A DNA stretch of 64,000 nucleotides, taken from Phoronis australis (lineage: Eukaryota; Animalia; Phoronida). Every line of letters starts with the position of its first letter. Positions within the stretch are counted from its first letter, which is position 1. A program made the translations under genes and the position numbers. The stretch is from NCBI GenBank assembly GCA_002633005.1, contig NMRA01000068.1, positions 222,453 through 286,452 on the forward strand, given 5' to 3'. Shown here one piece after another: positions 51,596-64,000 of the stretch. The notes below the pieces were generated by a model. That model had not been told where the DNA came from, did no database searches, and was given only the letters and a program-made list of their open reading frames with translations.

Positions 51596-54317
51596 GTACG
51601 TTAAAGATATCCAATAGGCAAGTGAAACAAACAGACTGAGATTGTCGAGGCAGTGAATAACAGCACACCTCATACTCCGGATTTGTTCATAGTTTTGTTT
51701 TATTTGCTAAAAGACAAATCAAATATTTCAGTTTAGTTATCGATTTAGTATTGAGCACGTGACTTTCTACTCATATTTCTACACCGTGTTACGCCAAGCA
51801 CAACTGGGTTAAGCAAATGCTTCGAAAGTAAACCAAACATTCATTAGTGACATTTGTAATTTTATCTGACAAAGAGCAAAACTGGTTCCTAACTGACAAT
51901 GAGAGAATTTCGTCAACATGTGTAAGCGTATATTGGAATTTGTCTCTTACATTTGTTCCATGCACCCTGTACGTTACACAGTATATATTACACAGTACAT
52001 TACAAAAAGCACTGTCCTTAAAATGCAAATATAATGGGGGTCTGCGGAGTAAAGGGCCGAGATATTATATGTGATTTCGATAGTATTTCAAATATGTATG
52101 CAGCGTTCTGTCCTTTGATTTTAAAAATCAATGGTTCATGTCACAAATGCAAGAACCATTATGACTCCTTATTGAATTTAAATAAGACAGCATGTATGCT
52201 GCCTACGCGAAATCCTACAATATCTGCCCAGGTGGCCAGTACCCCCACGGCACATGAAAAGCAACTACGTCGTCCTTTTTTCTTAAACGTGAGCGCGCTA
52301 TAATTATCACTCAGAAATGTCAGCTCTGAAATCAGGACTGTTCGTGGACTGAGTAGGCTCCGACTCAGTGCGGGAGGGTCGAGGTCCGTACGGCCTCAAA
52401 CACGCAGAGTCTGCCTATATGGCGAGGTCTAATTCATTATATGCTTCGATTATGCCCTGAGTGTTGTATTCGTCTCTGTAATACTTGTCAAGCTCGCTCT
52501 TTAAGCCATCGTAACTTACAAAACCCCTATTATTCGCCATTGCATATATGCTGTCAACTGATCCGATCAGTTGAACGTCTTCCACTGACGACATCACGTG
52601 GCGGGAAACCAAAAATCATTAATTATTCGATAACAGTTAAAATTTCTCCAGTATTTCCCAAAAATAAGTGTTTTTAGATAGATTTTATGTCATGAAATTA
52701 TCATCGACGGTCTAAAACCTCATGAAGTACAAAGATCCATTGTAGGAACGCTTTATTTATTTCTGCAAATGTTGTTATTGGTTCACGACCCAATGGTTAT
52801 AACTCTTGCGCTTTGAGTACCCTCAAAAGCCTCAAATTCCACTGTCGACGCTATTTAGAGCCGGTAAAGTGTGTTTTAGGGTGATTGAACTGGACACGTC
52901 TTTTCAAAGAGTGCTCCCCCAATCCCACTGGTGAATTGATCTATTATAAGCGTTTCCTTTGAGAATATAGCAAGCGCCAAACGGCGCAAGCGAAATCTGC
53001 AGCAAGCACTCATCATTTCGCCTCTCCAGCCAAAAATGAAGAGTCTGAGAATGTCGGTTGGTGAGTTAGGAGGCACTGTACAGTTAGACTGCAGCCACGG
53101 GAAATTTACATTGCCGAAAATAAATTGGGGCAGTTTTGAGATAGGGAATTGTATGAAGGTTCAGTGAATCTGTCTGTATTTGTGAACATGGTGAGAATGG
53201 GAAACGAGCACTTGGTCGGCTGTGGATGCACTCTTCTTCAAGATGGTGGCCCCCTGTTGCATTTGGGTATTGCCGAGTAGCGACTGATAAATCGACTGCG
53301 ATTTTAGGTAACCTTCGAACAAGCTACAATTGCAAAAAATAGCTGTTTGACAGCACTCTTGGACCACAACTTTGGAATCTGTAGGAAATGTGCTTTCAGA
53401 ATCTAATGTTGGCTTATGTGGCGCATAGGCAGGGAAGTGGTGGTTTTGGAGTGAAATTTTTAAATTTTGTGGTTTTTTTACCTCTTTTCTTAGACTACCT
53501 TGGCTTTCAGTAGGAATGTAAAGGCCAAAAACACAAGACAAAATGAAGTTTCTGTCCTCTTCTGTAGAGCTTTTGGTGTAAAATGGCTCAAAGCTGTTTA
53601 TTCTTTCCTTACGGTTTTCGACAGAGTGAAAAGGTGAAGAAAAGGTGACAAGTCCGTTGACGTGTGCTGCTAGGCAAAACTCTGTGAGAACGGGGTAGAG
53701 ATCAGCCACGCTAGGCCCTCGCTCGGACCTCGTTAGAAAAGCAAGACTTCACGAGATTACGCGAGATGTTGTCGTGTATTTTAAATGAGAAAATGTGATT
53801 TTGGCTAGATTATCTAGCCGAGAGATAGCTTCTTAACTCTTCGCTGTTCTGTGTTCTGTGCCTCCTTACCTCCAGCTGTGACTCAGCTTCCTGCTTGCCG
53901 CGTCACACAAATAAGAGTTTAATTCAAGCATGCCCTTGCCCACAATCATGATATTTTCAACGTTTTTAAGAAGGCACATTGATAGTAGGCGTACTTTTCT
54001 AATCTTTGGATTGCAGTTATTAAAGTTAACAGGAAATGTAACTCCGATAAAAACAGTATCACACTTCGTGCATAGCAGCAAGAGTCGCATGTCATGTCTC
54101 ATCACAACTAAATGTGTTTCTCCTTGTAAATGTTGTAAATTCTGCACACATTTATGCTTTAAATGCACATGTACGTTTTCATTACAACCTGTTTCGTTGT
54201 TATTATTATCTTGAACTTTATAGATTTTTATTCCAGTATACATAAAATGTGTTCGCCTTGTAGACTGCATTGTACTCTTACCGTCTTCACAAATCACTTC
54301 TTGTATTTTTCTTGAAG

Positions 54318-54466
54318 CTTGATGCTGGGGTTCATGATTTCAACTTGGTTTTTGTCCATGTGGATCTCCAACACAGCCACTGCAGCTATGATGATCCCGA
54401 TAGTTGAAGCCGTCTTGGCTCAACTGAAAATCTCAGACGAGGAGCTGGAAGAGGCCAACAAAACAG
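54318..54466 (+). CDS. SLC13 exon 4 with SNT motif
   Basis: LMLGFMISTWFLSMWISNTATAAMMIPIVEAVL; aag acceptor. Confidence 0.95.
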
Positions 54467-55275
54467 GTAAAAGACTGAGAATCTATGACACTGGCTGCAC
54501 TTAATTAAGGACCTTAGTATGACTTGGCCAAGTCTATAAACCGTCGATACTAAATCCAATAACTTTTATCCATGATCCTAACACAGCAGCCAAGGATAAA
54601 AGCTAGTTTTTCTAGTTACTTACAGGGGGCAACCACAATTTTGCGTGCCGAGCAGGAAAACACATGTCTTGTGGGTTTTGCGCTTGCTACAAAATTAATG
54701 AAATTCTGCAGTTGTCACATGAACGCACTCAAAATTGAACTTTGACAACATCAGTCGTTTTAACTTTGACAACATCAGTCGTTTTACAAAAACTGGAGTG
54801 TACTATGCTACCCTCTAACACAACGCTACCTATACTGAAATGTGGCCCTGTGAAAACAAGATGAATGACACACGGAATTCTGTGTGTGCGCTGCGCATCA
54901 ATGCGCATGCCTCGGTCGGAAGTATACCGATCACATCGCCAACACTTGCACACGCCTTTCCCTCTGTACTTGTTTGGGGTTAAGCCACTGGATCGGGGTT
55001 CCCTTGATTTTGTTTACTTCGATCATTGACGGTTTTAATAAAATGGAACTATTCAAGTCAAAGGCGGTCGCCATAATCGGTAACTGTAAATTAAAGGGGT
55101 TCCTCACATTTCAGCCAATGGGAATGGCTGAATGTTACTACGTCGGTTTCATTACTTTAACCAGTCCAATGAGAAGCCATGCTAAATAACAATGCCAATG
55201 CTACATTTCGTAGCACTGTGAAAAAGTGTAGAGCGTACGCACTCAAGACTCACACTATTTGTTGATTCTAAACAG

Positions 55276-55369
55276 CTCCGCCTGGTGAAGGTGAAGTTAA
55301 CGTGGCTTATGAAAAAGAAGATGGAGACGGTGTGACGACTTCAAATGTCACCATTCAGTATGCGCCTGG
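55276..55369 (+). CDS. SLC13 exon 5 (variable loop)
   Basis: aacag acceptor phase 1 and gtatgt donor phase 2 bridge exons 4 and 6 in frame. Confidence 0.8.
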
Positions 55370-55598
55370 GTATGTTCCTATACAAAACATGGTTGTGATC
55401 AGTTACTAGCAAACTTAGATGCTTTAGTAGACTAGTCAGGTTCAAGCTGCAACGAACAATTATTTTTTAGTTTTTAAACATAACTTTCTTGTCAGGCGAA
55501 TAGAACCAGATTGAAATTCACTGATAACGATTTTTGTGTTACTTTCTAACTAAAACTGTGGGCCTGTTGAGTACTTGTATTTTTCAACATGTCGTTAT

Positions 55599-55811
55599 CA
55601 AGCGGGCACCAAGAGATGGGGGGCAATTCGGCAAATTTGGCAAAAAGGTCCGCCTCAGAGAAACAAAAACTCCGAAAAAAAGTAGAAAACGAGACAAAAG
55701 TCCACTAAGAAGGCAGGAACTACCAAAACTTGAAGAATACATAACGTACCCTGTGAATTTTAGTAAAAGGTCCACATTCTCAAAAATTCAAGCCCCCTGG
55801 ATGCGCGCATA
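55599..55811 (+). mobile_element. MITE family copy 3
   Basis: Shares AAAAAAGTAGAAAA.GAGAC.AAAGTCCACTAA and AAAGGTCCACATTCT with copy 2; ends GGATGCGCGCAT. Confidence 0.7.
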
Positions 55812-55915
55812 GTTATCACTTTTTTCACCAAATAAACTTTCATTAGTGTGGGCCTACTGTTTTAACAGTAGGATAATCTAGTAATTTTAAAATGTTGTCT
55901 TTACTGCTATCGTAG

Positions 55916-56074
55916 GACTGATGATGATGCTACGGCAAATGAAAGGCATGAGAAAGCTCACAAGAAACTATGCAAGGCCATGTGTCTGTGTGTCTGTTAC
56001 TCAGCAAGTGTCGGTGGCATTGCAACGCTAACAGGAACACCCCCAAACCTAGAATTCAGCGGTCAGGCAGAAAT
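55916..56074 (+). CDS. SLC13 exon 6
   Basis: [26 protein letters not shown]; GT-AG boundaries. Confidence 0.95.
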
Positions 56075-57040
56075 GTAAATATAACCTCACCAAACTTTGT
56101 TCAGCCATTAGGGAGATGTTACTTGTTGTGATAAGCTTATAGGCTTACCTTAGACTCCGCGTCTGTTATCTTATATAAGTTCTCCACTGTTCTCTCTAAC
56201 CAGCCCTTTGCAGGTCCACCAACTGTCGTGAAACGCTGATGTCTGCCAATCGTGCTCCGTTGCCTCTATTACTTTCGACGAGGAGGTCTCACCCTACCAG
56301 ATGCTCTTGTACGTGTCTGCTTAGTTTTTATCTCAAATGATGATCCCCGCGCAGCGCCCAGAGATGAACCCGCCCCTGTCCTTATTAATCTTCTTTACGA
56401 TCCAACCCTTCGGCGCCTGGGGCTTGTTAACGTCGGCTATGTCGCCGAAAAGTAATTGCTGAATTGCAAGACGAGCTGCTACGACATGCAACCGCTTGTG
56501 GGTTGGTATTTTGTTTTGACTTCGCTTTTGCCTTTGCAAGGTTGAACACTTGCAGGAGTCGAAGCCAGGGTATCCCTTCTCGTGAGCTATGAACTTCACG
56601 AAATCAATTTACTAATACTAATGAGCAAATACTGGTCGACGATCGTCAGGAGGCTCTATATCCTCGAGAAACTCCCTCAACATCAAAGTAACCACATATA
56701 CAGCGAAAGATCGAAGAGCATGAATGGAAACCACGTCTTCCTTCATGTACGCTCGTGGTCGGTACATCATTGTATCCGAAGAAGGGGGTTCCTTCTTACA
56801 AGGTAAAACTTGTCGATTTCTACCCTGGTCCTCCCTACCCTAATACCATGCGGTAACGCGGTTTTGATGCTTCAGATAACAACGATCGTTTTGGAGAGCT
56901 ACAACGTGTACAGTCATTCCAACCATGAGCATCTTCTGCCATCGTCATCTGTCTCCTGGCGATCATTTGGTACTGCACACATTTGGAACAGGAGACGAAT
57001 TTTCTCTACACATCAGAAATTGTTATCCTGCTGAACTTGT

Positions 57041-57360
57041 ACCCCGTGCACTAACCTCACGCAGTCTGAATGTGATTATATTCCTAGTAGTTGTATTGGA
57101 AAAAGGAAAGAAAATAGGGTCTGGTCGCTTTCATTTATGAACCCGGACACTCTCAATTTAAATGTGTTTAAAGGGTGTCGAATCCAATTTTCCCCTGAGA
57201 GATTCCCCGTGAACTAACCCCTTGCAGTCTGAATATTATCATATGTTGAGAAGTCATGTTGGAAGAGAAGAAAGAAAAATTTAATAGAGTCGTCATTATT
57301 CATAAACTGGGATATTGTCAATTTAATTGTGTTTTAAAAACGTGCCGATTCCAATAATTC
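57041..57360. repeat. Two diverged ~164-bp tandem units
   Basis: CCCCGTG.ACTAACC...GCAGTCTGAAT at ~57042 and ~57205. Confidence 0.7.
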
Positions 57361-57531
57361 AATATAAGTTTAGGGGTGCAAACCAGAACCAAATATGATT
57401 TTTTACCCTGAAGTGTACTAAATAGTGCTCTTTAGGTCTATATCTGTAGTATTGTGGGGGCTTTCAATAAGTGTTACCTTTCACGTCCAGAAAACTCTAG
57501 TCCTTTGCTGTGCTTGAACTTGAAATTCTAC

Positions 57532-57898
57532 TTAATCTCAAGATTGCGTATGCGTGAACTTGGAAAACAAGAGGAAGCTTGCAAGTGCACTCAAATAATC
57601 ACGTTCATGTTGACAAAAATGCCCTGTAATGAAGCAAATTACATGTTGCTAAAATGATGTTAACTTTTACCAACCTTTATTAGCTTTTTTCGTCTATTGA
57701 CGATCTTATTCATCAAAGAATAGTTTATGAACAAATCCCAATTTCCTTCGAGTGTGTGACACAAGTTCCGGTAAAGGAGAAAATATGTGATTTTGGAGTC
57801 AATGATTACAAAAACTCTTTTCAATGAACAAAAAATTCACATGATTGCTGTAATGAATATCTAATTCCAAGTTCACGCACTCGAAATCTTGAGATTAA
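57532..57898. mobile_element. MITE with ~35-bp TIRs bounded by TTAA
   Basis: TTAATCTCAAGATT...TGCGTGAACTTGGAA versus TTCCAAGTTCACGCA...AATCTTGAGATTAA. Confidence 0.75.
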
Positions 57899-58915
57899 AG
57901 GCGAAAGCAACCTTTTTTCATGTCACTTTTAGCAAAAATAAGGTTCGTTGATTATCCCAGACACATTTTTCACTTAATAACAGCTTTTCGTAATTTGGTT
58001 AATTTCTCGTTCTCTACTCCGGAAGTGACGTTTTGGGAGGCAAGAGTTTCGCGCCAATTTCTTTTCATTATAGTCTGACTGTGAGAGCTGTCGAGTCAGT
58101 CATGTTCTACCTCGGTTGTGATAAGTTCGGTCGTCGTTTGCTTTTGTTTACAAGTCAGTCAACATGCCACGCTGTTGCTGTGTGCCGGGATATACTCATT
58201 ATCGTCTCACACGCGCTTTGGGTACCTTGCGTCGCTTTCCGAAGGGTGACACACTTCGCCGTACTTGGCTAGCTCGTTCATGTGAAGAACGCAGCGCTAC
58301 TCGTCCACGCAACGTACAAAGCAATGTAGGGTTACCCAGTGTGTGGCAAGCATTTTCTGCCGTCAGATTATGACAGATATGTACGCTGAATTGATGAAGG
58401 TCCTTGCGAAACAAAGCCTGAAGAAGGGTACCATACCGTCGCTCTTGATTCCCGGCAGTGCTCCGTCGCCAACACCCAGAAGTGCGTTTTTGAAGCGAGA
58501 AGCCTCGCGAGCTGTGGCCACTACATACAGTGACTGGAGGCACTTCATCTACTGTCATCCGTGCCTCCGGACGTACCCCAATGCGTGCAATTCCGGGAGC
58601 TAGCAGTGATTCGCCCTGTGCTGTTGTCTCTAGCCCAGAGCCTGTAAGTAGACCTGCAGCGATGTTGAGTAGTGGGAGTGAATTAATACAGGCCCAGTTC
58701 GACACCCAGTGAAGAGGACAGTTCGTCATCCAATGAACAGATCGGTGAGCCTAAATTTGATAAGTTTATTGTGGACTTGTATTGGAGCTATTTGGAAGGT
58801 GCCAGGTGTGTGGCGAGGGAGTCACACGGCGGGATGTAAACAGTTTGCGTGCTCAGATCACTCTTCAATGGGAGTGTGTCGCTGGACACTCGGGCAAGTG
58901 GGACAGTTCTTCCTC
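57895..58915 (+). mobile_element. Kolobok-like DNA transposon remnant with frameshifted THAP domain
   Basis: Starts TTAA-AGG; MPRCCCVPG...RFP...W...VCGKHF...GTIPS (THAP), then LELFGRCQVCG...WECVAGHSGKW. Confidence 0.7.
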
Positions 58916-58919
58916 TTTA

Positions 58920-61900
58920 GATTTACCTTTTTTATGGGTCAACAAATCCATTGGAAATGGTTTTGCTTGGCTGTGGTGACATCGTCTGCCATTTTCCAAG
59001 ATGGCCGCCAAATCTACTTGAGTCACACAACTTCGCACGAACAGATTAGTGTGTCGTCTTGCTTCAAACGTCGCATCATAGGTTTTTTGGGTCGACTAAT
59101 CCATTGAGACTCATTGCATTTGGCACTAATGATTACTTCCACCATTTCCAAGATGGCGGACAAAATGGCCGCCAGATTTGCAGATGATCATTATAACTAG
59201 AGAGTGGAATGCGATAGAGTAAACATTCAAAAAGGTTTACTTATCTTTCGTGGGTCAAAAAATCCATTGGAAAAGTTTTGCATGGCTGTGGTGACACCAT
59301 CAGTCATTTTCCAAGATGACCTCCAAAACTATTTCGAATCGCACAACTTCGCCCAAACAGATTAGTGCGTCTTGCTTCAAACATTGTATCATTGGTTTTC
59401 TGGGTCGACTAATCCATTTAGACTCATTGCATTTGGCTCTAATGATTACTTCCACCATTTTCTAAGACGGCCACCAAATAGTTGCTTCGTGTAAGAACTT
59501 CAGATTCCAGAGACACGCCATATCCTGATTTTTTTAGGTCAGCATGTCCATTACAATAATTTTTGTCTGGCCCTTTATGATTACGACTACCATTTTCAAG
59601 ATGGTTTAACGAATAACTTATTTTGGTCAAAAACATCAGGTTTGCCTGGACTGAAGGATCATTCTCCTCCTGAAAGAATGTGCTGTATTGAAAATAACTC
59701 TCTGCAATTAATTAAGTGACCTACTATCCACACTGTCTGTGTCACTTCCATTTAGTTGCTAGTGAATCTATACACAATCAACCAGTATTTAGACAACTAA
59801 TCTCTGTCAACTGAGAATGAATTGCTGCAGCTAAAACCACGGCATTCTCCACATGCAACCGAGTACAGCAATCCTAACCTATTGCAAGTACACCTCTTGG
59901 AACTGCAGTTGGTCTTACACGAGCATCTCACTACTTTCAGCAGGTTCTCTGGTGCTGCTGACTGGTCCGTCGTCGTGGGAATGAATTTTCCACCTGCCAG
60001 CATCCATTCCCAATACAGCGAGTCTAGACCACTGCCACGGAAACTTGACCGCCCTTGCTCTTGATAATAAGTCCCGGCATCATGGAATTTAGCTACTGAA
60101 GGAAGTTGGTGATAATGACTGTATTTGGACTGTGGCTAGTCTGGCATCTCATCCACAAACTGCCTGTATCGCAAGCCAACCAAATTTCCAGAGCCAGAGC
60201 CGCCATGAAGCACAAATACAACTCTTACCAGCTTCAAATATGTCTTGCTTCAGCTGCATGTGTCTAGTGAATATTCTTACTAGAGTTTTTGCAGCATTCT
60301 CGATCACACAGTTTCTTGAATGGGAGAGCCTTTTCTAATACCGAACAGCTGCAATGTTGTGTTGCAACCACCTATTGCATGCGCAAATGGCAAAACTGCG
60401 CAAGTTTTGGCCCCAAGAGACAACTGTAGTTCCTTGATGTCCCAGACTCTCCTCTTGCTTTGGTGCCTCTTGTCAAATTTCATGAACATTGTAATTTGTT
60501 GTGAGGCAGCATGGTAACGCAAAAGAACCAAATTTGTATCGTCTGCAATAAGTGTAGTTGGACCTTGTGCTGCGTTCTCTACTGCCGGTTTCTACAATTA
60601 AAACATCTGCGTTAGCTTGAGCATGTACCACTGTGCAGCCAGCATTTCCTAGCAAACTTGACAAGAAGTGAATGAATCGTTGTTTGTTTTTGCTCTTTGC
60701 CAAAAATTTCCTTTTTTACTTGATCACAATGTCACCATTGAAGTGAACTTCAGTTCCAACCACCACACCCAGTCTTCGAACATGAGAGACATCTTTAGTT
60801 GATGGTCCACCTCAGTAACCATCAAAAACAACAGTAGTCTGGGTGCACTTGCTGATGTAATCCACATAGGCTCTACCAAATGACTGAAACGTTGCACCCC
60901 TAGGCCATGGAATACGGTGAAGGAGAGAACCGCCGTCGATTACATGCATCACCGTGTTTTCTGGAAATTGACATCCTCAGATAGTCCCCCACTGGACCAG
61001 AGTACATCAGCTCATATTGATTTATTAGCGACTCTGGGAAGACCAGATGCATCAAAAAGAGCAGGGGAACCAACACACAGATCAAACTTCAAAAGGTTTG
61101 ATGAACGTGCACTGCTGTCTTGTGCAGCTGTCAGGATTCGCTGAAATAGCAGTCGTGGATCCACTTTGTAAAATTACTATTAGCAACATGAACTGATTGA
61201 CTTGTCACAATCTTGTCTTTCTTTCTGAATGTGAAGTCTTTCACACTTGACCCCTCCATAGACAAGTGAACCGCCTTCCCCACTTCTCTGTCATTTTCGG
61301 CACTGACGCATATGTGCCTGCAGACACACCAGTGGCGATGTTCTGTAATGTTTCTCTTTAAAATGGGTCACTGTTGTGGAGGAATTCAACAAGACTGCGG
61401 ATGTCTTTGTCGTCATGCGACTGTCTTGCCTGGGTGCATTCTTTAGGCTGCTGACTTGTTTCACAACTCGAGTTTGTCACAGTCTGCATGGCACCATTTA
61501 TACTTGAGCATGCTGGCAAGGAAAGCAGCCCCGGTGCACTCTGTGTATCTTCCATTTCGCAACCTCTAGTTCAACCTCTGTTGTTTTAATACTTTTCATG
61601 AGCGTTTGTTCAATTACAAGATCATATCTCATTATATGACAAGCCTGCCTAGAATCTGCCACTTTGTCTTATGGTGTGTTGGCCGTAGACGACTGGACGG
61701 GTGTCTTTGAGTTGGTACGTCTGCTGCAAGTATATGTATGAAGATTTTTCATAGGAGTTGTGACCAGCAGCTGCAAAGTAAGGCAGCATTTCAGAAACTG
61801 CTTTTAGGTGAAGCTCCCAATCTGACGTTATTTCTGCTTTTAAAAAAGTCAACGGATGTCAGTCATCTTCATATACTGTAGCCAAAGACTAATGATTCGA

Positions 61901-63011
61901 CTTTGCAAGGACAAGTCTGATTTATGTGCTTCGTTTTTTTATGGATACGCACAAGACACTCTGACGAGCATACATCGTCGCACACAGACGTCATGCCATC
62001 AATAAGATCATCATACCGCTTCAGACCAGCTCTCAAATCATCATGAAGAATATCATTGGCCATTGATTCTTCTGACGAACTATTCTCTGTCACTGCAAAT
62101 TCTGAAGACCTATACTCTGATCCAGTCGTGTTTGAATATACCAATGGCAGTAGGTCGGAAGCCAGAAGTGAACTCTCGTGAGTGCATTCCACTGTAATCC
62201 AAGGTTCAGAATCGGAAGACACTGGCTGGGCATGGCATGCCCCAGAGTATACATCTAGTTATGTGATCAGTTGGGATGTCTGGGATGTCTGAAGAATCTG
62301 TCTGTCTCCATATTCTGACGAGCCAAAATTTGTGCATAAGCATTGAACTGCTCCACCTCTTTGCATTTAGTATCTAAATCTTAAAAACAAATTATAAAAA
62401 CAATCAACTCATTAATCCTGACTGTAGATTGTAAAATATTTTTGTGTAAATGCGTATCAGGTTACAAACAAATTTGCAGAACGTAAATGAGGTAAATTGG
62501 GGTTTGTGAATTGGCAGCCATTTTGGCGGCCATTTTGTCAGCCATCTTGAATTTTTCTCGCAAACCAGTGACCAATTGTAAGGTCCAGATATTTTCAATT
62601 GTCTAACTTACAAAAGAATAAAACTTTTGCCATTTTCAGAGCAAAATATAAAAAGAAATCTTGCAACATGTATCAAATTGCCGTTTCGGCCGCCATTTTG
62701 TCGGCCATATTGGTTTTATATTACGGAAAATTGGCATCTTTTGATTGGTATGCCTGTTATGAAAAGTACATAATCAATAACAAACTTTATTGTTTTATTT
62801 TTAGCTGTTACATAAGAGTAAACAGAAAACAGTAAACACCGGTTTTGTCGGCCATTTTCCGCCATCTTGAAAAACCGACTTCCGCTACTCCGATTTCGGT
62901 AGATTTTTTTTCTGACACTAAGGGATGTTTGAAGACGCCATTTATGCAAAAAAACCTTCTGTTGCAATTTTTCTAGGTTGGGCTCTCTGGAGCCCTAGAA
63001 TGACTGGACCA
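58920..63011 (-). mobile_element. Decayed Academ-like DNA transposon (transposase + XPG/PIN nuclease + Cys-rich tail)
   Basis: Minus-strand fragments WELHLKAVSEMLPYFAAAGH, VIDGGSLLH, VVFDGY, ANADVLIV, ADDTN, HAIGGCNTT, RCSCKTNCSSKRCTC; terminus TGGTCCAGTCA; ~155-bp subterminal repeats at 58930-59480; many stops and frameshifts. Confidence 0.8.
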
Positions 63012-63245
63012 GTTACGCTTTTGACAGTTGTGTGATACAAATTCCCAGCCTGTACTCTAGCGTGCTGGTACGCTGACTCCCGGCCTTTATGTGCCTGGTC
63101 TATTTCTGAGAAATTCTCCGGCAGTCCTGCAGTAATGGTACAAATATCACATTGAGATTAGGCAGCGAAATCCCAGTCGATAGATCGATTGTCGTTACAG
63201 GTGTCAACTTTTCATCGGCTCCATAACATAATTTGTATGTTTCAG

Positions 63246-63383
63246 CATTTTCCAAAAGTACGGAATGGAATCGGGAGTTAACTTCACCACGTGGTTCGCT
63301 TTTGCTATTCCGATATCGGCGATGGCGTTAATTCTCGCGTGGCTGTGGTTGCAGACATGGTTTATGGGCTGTTGCAAAGCAGA
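63246..63383 (+). CDS. SLC13 exon 7
   Basis: GVNFTTWFAFAIP...LAWLWLQ; phase 2 matches exon 6 across a 7.2-kb intron. Confidence 0.94.
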
Positions 63384-64000
63384 GTGAGTCTCAAGTACAA
63401 AACGATGGACTTAACTATTCATCTTGGAGAAGTAGACCTACAGTGTACTTTGTGCGAAAAATTGTGATTCGAAGACCCATTCATGCGAGTCTTTTTTGCG
63501 GAAAACTTTCCTGAATATTTACCGATTTTTCATTCCAACTTACAAAGCTAATTAGATTCCGCAGTTTTTACGCTCACTGGATAACCGACTTTTAAGACTC
63601 GAGAAAATTCCGAAAAAAATCATGGATCTCAAAACTTTTGAAAATTTACATGCTTTTCCCCGACGTTTTGAATTATTATAGGCCTACTTCACATTTGCTT
63701 CCTTGTATTCTTGCGCTGAGTCACTATCAGACAATTTTAATGTCGAGGATCGCTGTGACGTTGTATCATTTGTCATGGAATACTGTAAGTCAGTGTTTAT
63801 CATCAATGTTAAGTTAATCGTAGTGACAACAAAGGTGGCAAGGGCGGAGACAGGATTCTTCTGGTTGACTACGGGCATGATTTCGTGCGCACGTGCGTAT
63901 CTGCTATAATACAGCTTCAAGTCTATTCATGTTTTGAACACGTACACACAACTTTATTAGTGTTACAACGCCAATGTTCTATTATAGCCACCAATAGACC

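Larger units (their letters stand above)
48385..63383 (+). other. SLC13-family Na+/dicarboxylate-citrate-sulfate cotransporter gene span (continues beyond window)
   Basis: Seven in-phase GT-AG exons with family motifs [52 protein letters not shown]. Confidence 0.95.

Noticed and set aside
53161-53163. TGA as selenocysteine or programmed read-through
   Set aside because: No SECIS-like hairpin recognised, and the downstream frame has further stops; decay is simpler.
63684-63920. Short ORFs on both strands near the window end
   Set aside because: No SLC13 similarity or other motif; too little context.

Overview
Intron-rich, AT-rich animal (invertebrate-like) genomic DNA. Gene models were assembled by hand from splice sites and reading-frame phase. 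(1) FEN1 flap endonuclease, + strand: 12 coding exons from 397 to 30970, with the first ~27 codons lying upstream of the window. (2) Two paralogous class A GPCRs (NRY/NRF type, long ICL3; Tre1/moody/GPR84-like) nested antisense inside one 17.3-kb FEN1 intron. They show a patchwork of near-identical and strongly diverged tracts, and short upstream exons could splice in frame onto either receptor. (3) An unnamed minus-strand multi-exon gene (44293 down to ~37460) with motifs like axonemal microtubule inner proteins. (4) The 5' part (7 exons, 48385-63383) of an SLC13 Na+/carboxylate-sulfate cotransporter. Introns and intergenic DNA carry many mobile-element remains: a Helentron/DINE-like element with a ~145-bp array of CTCF-like motifs, a tRNA-containing LTR-like unit, hAT-like ends and MITEs, an RTE LINE tail, a THAP/Kolobok-like remnant, and an Academ-like transposon with an XPG/FEN1-fold nuclease domain. 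All similarity figures are by-eye estimates; no database searches were run.
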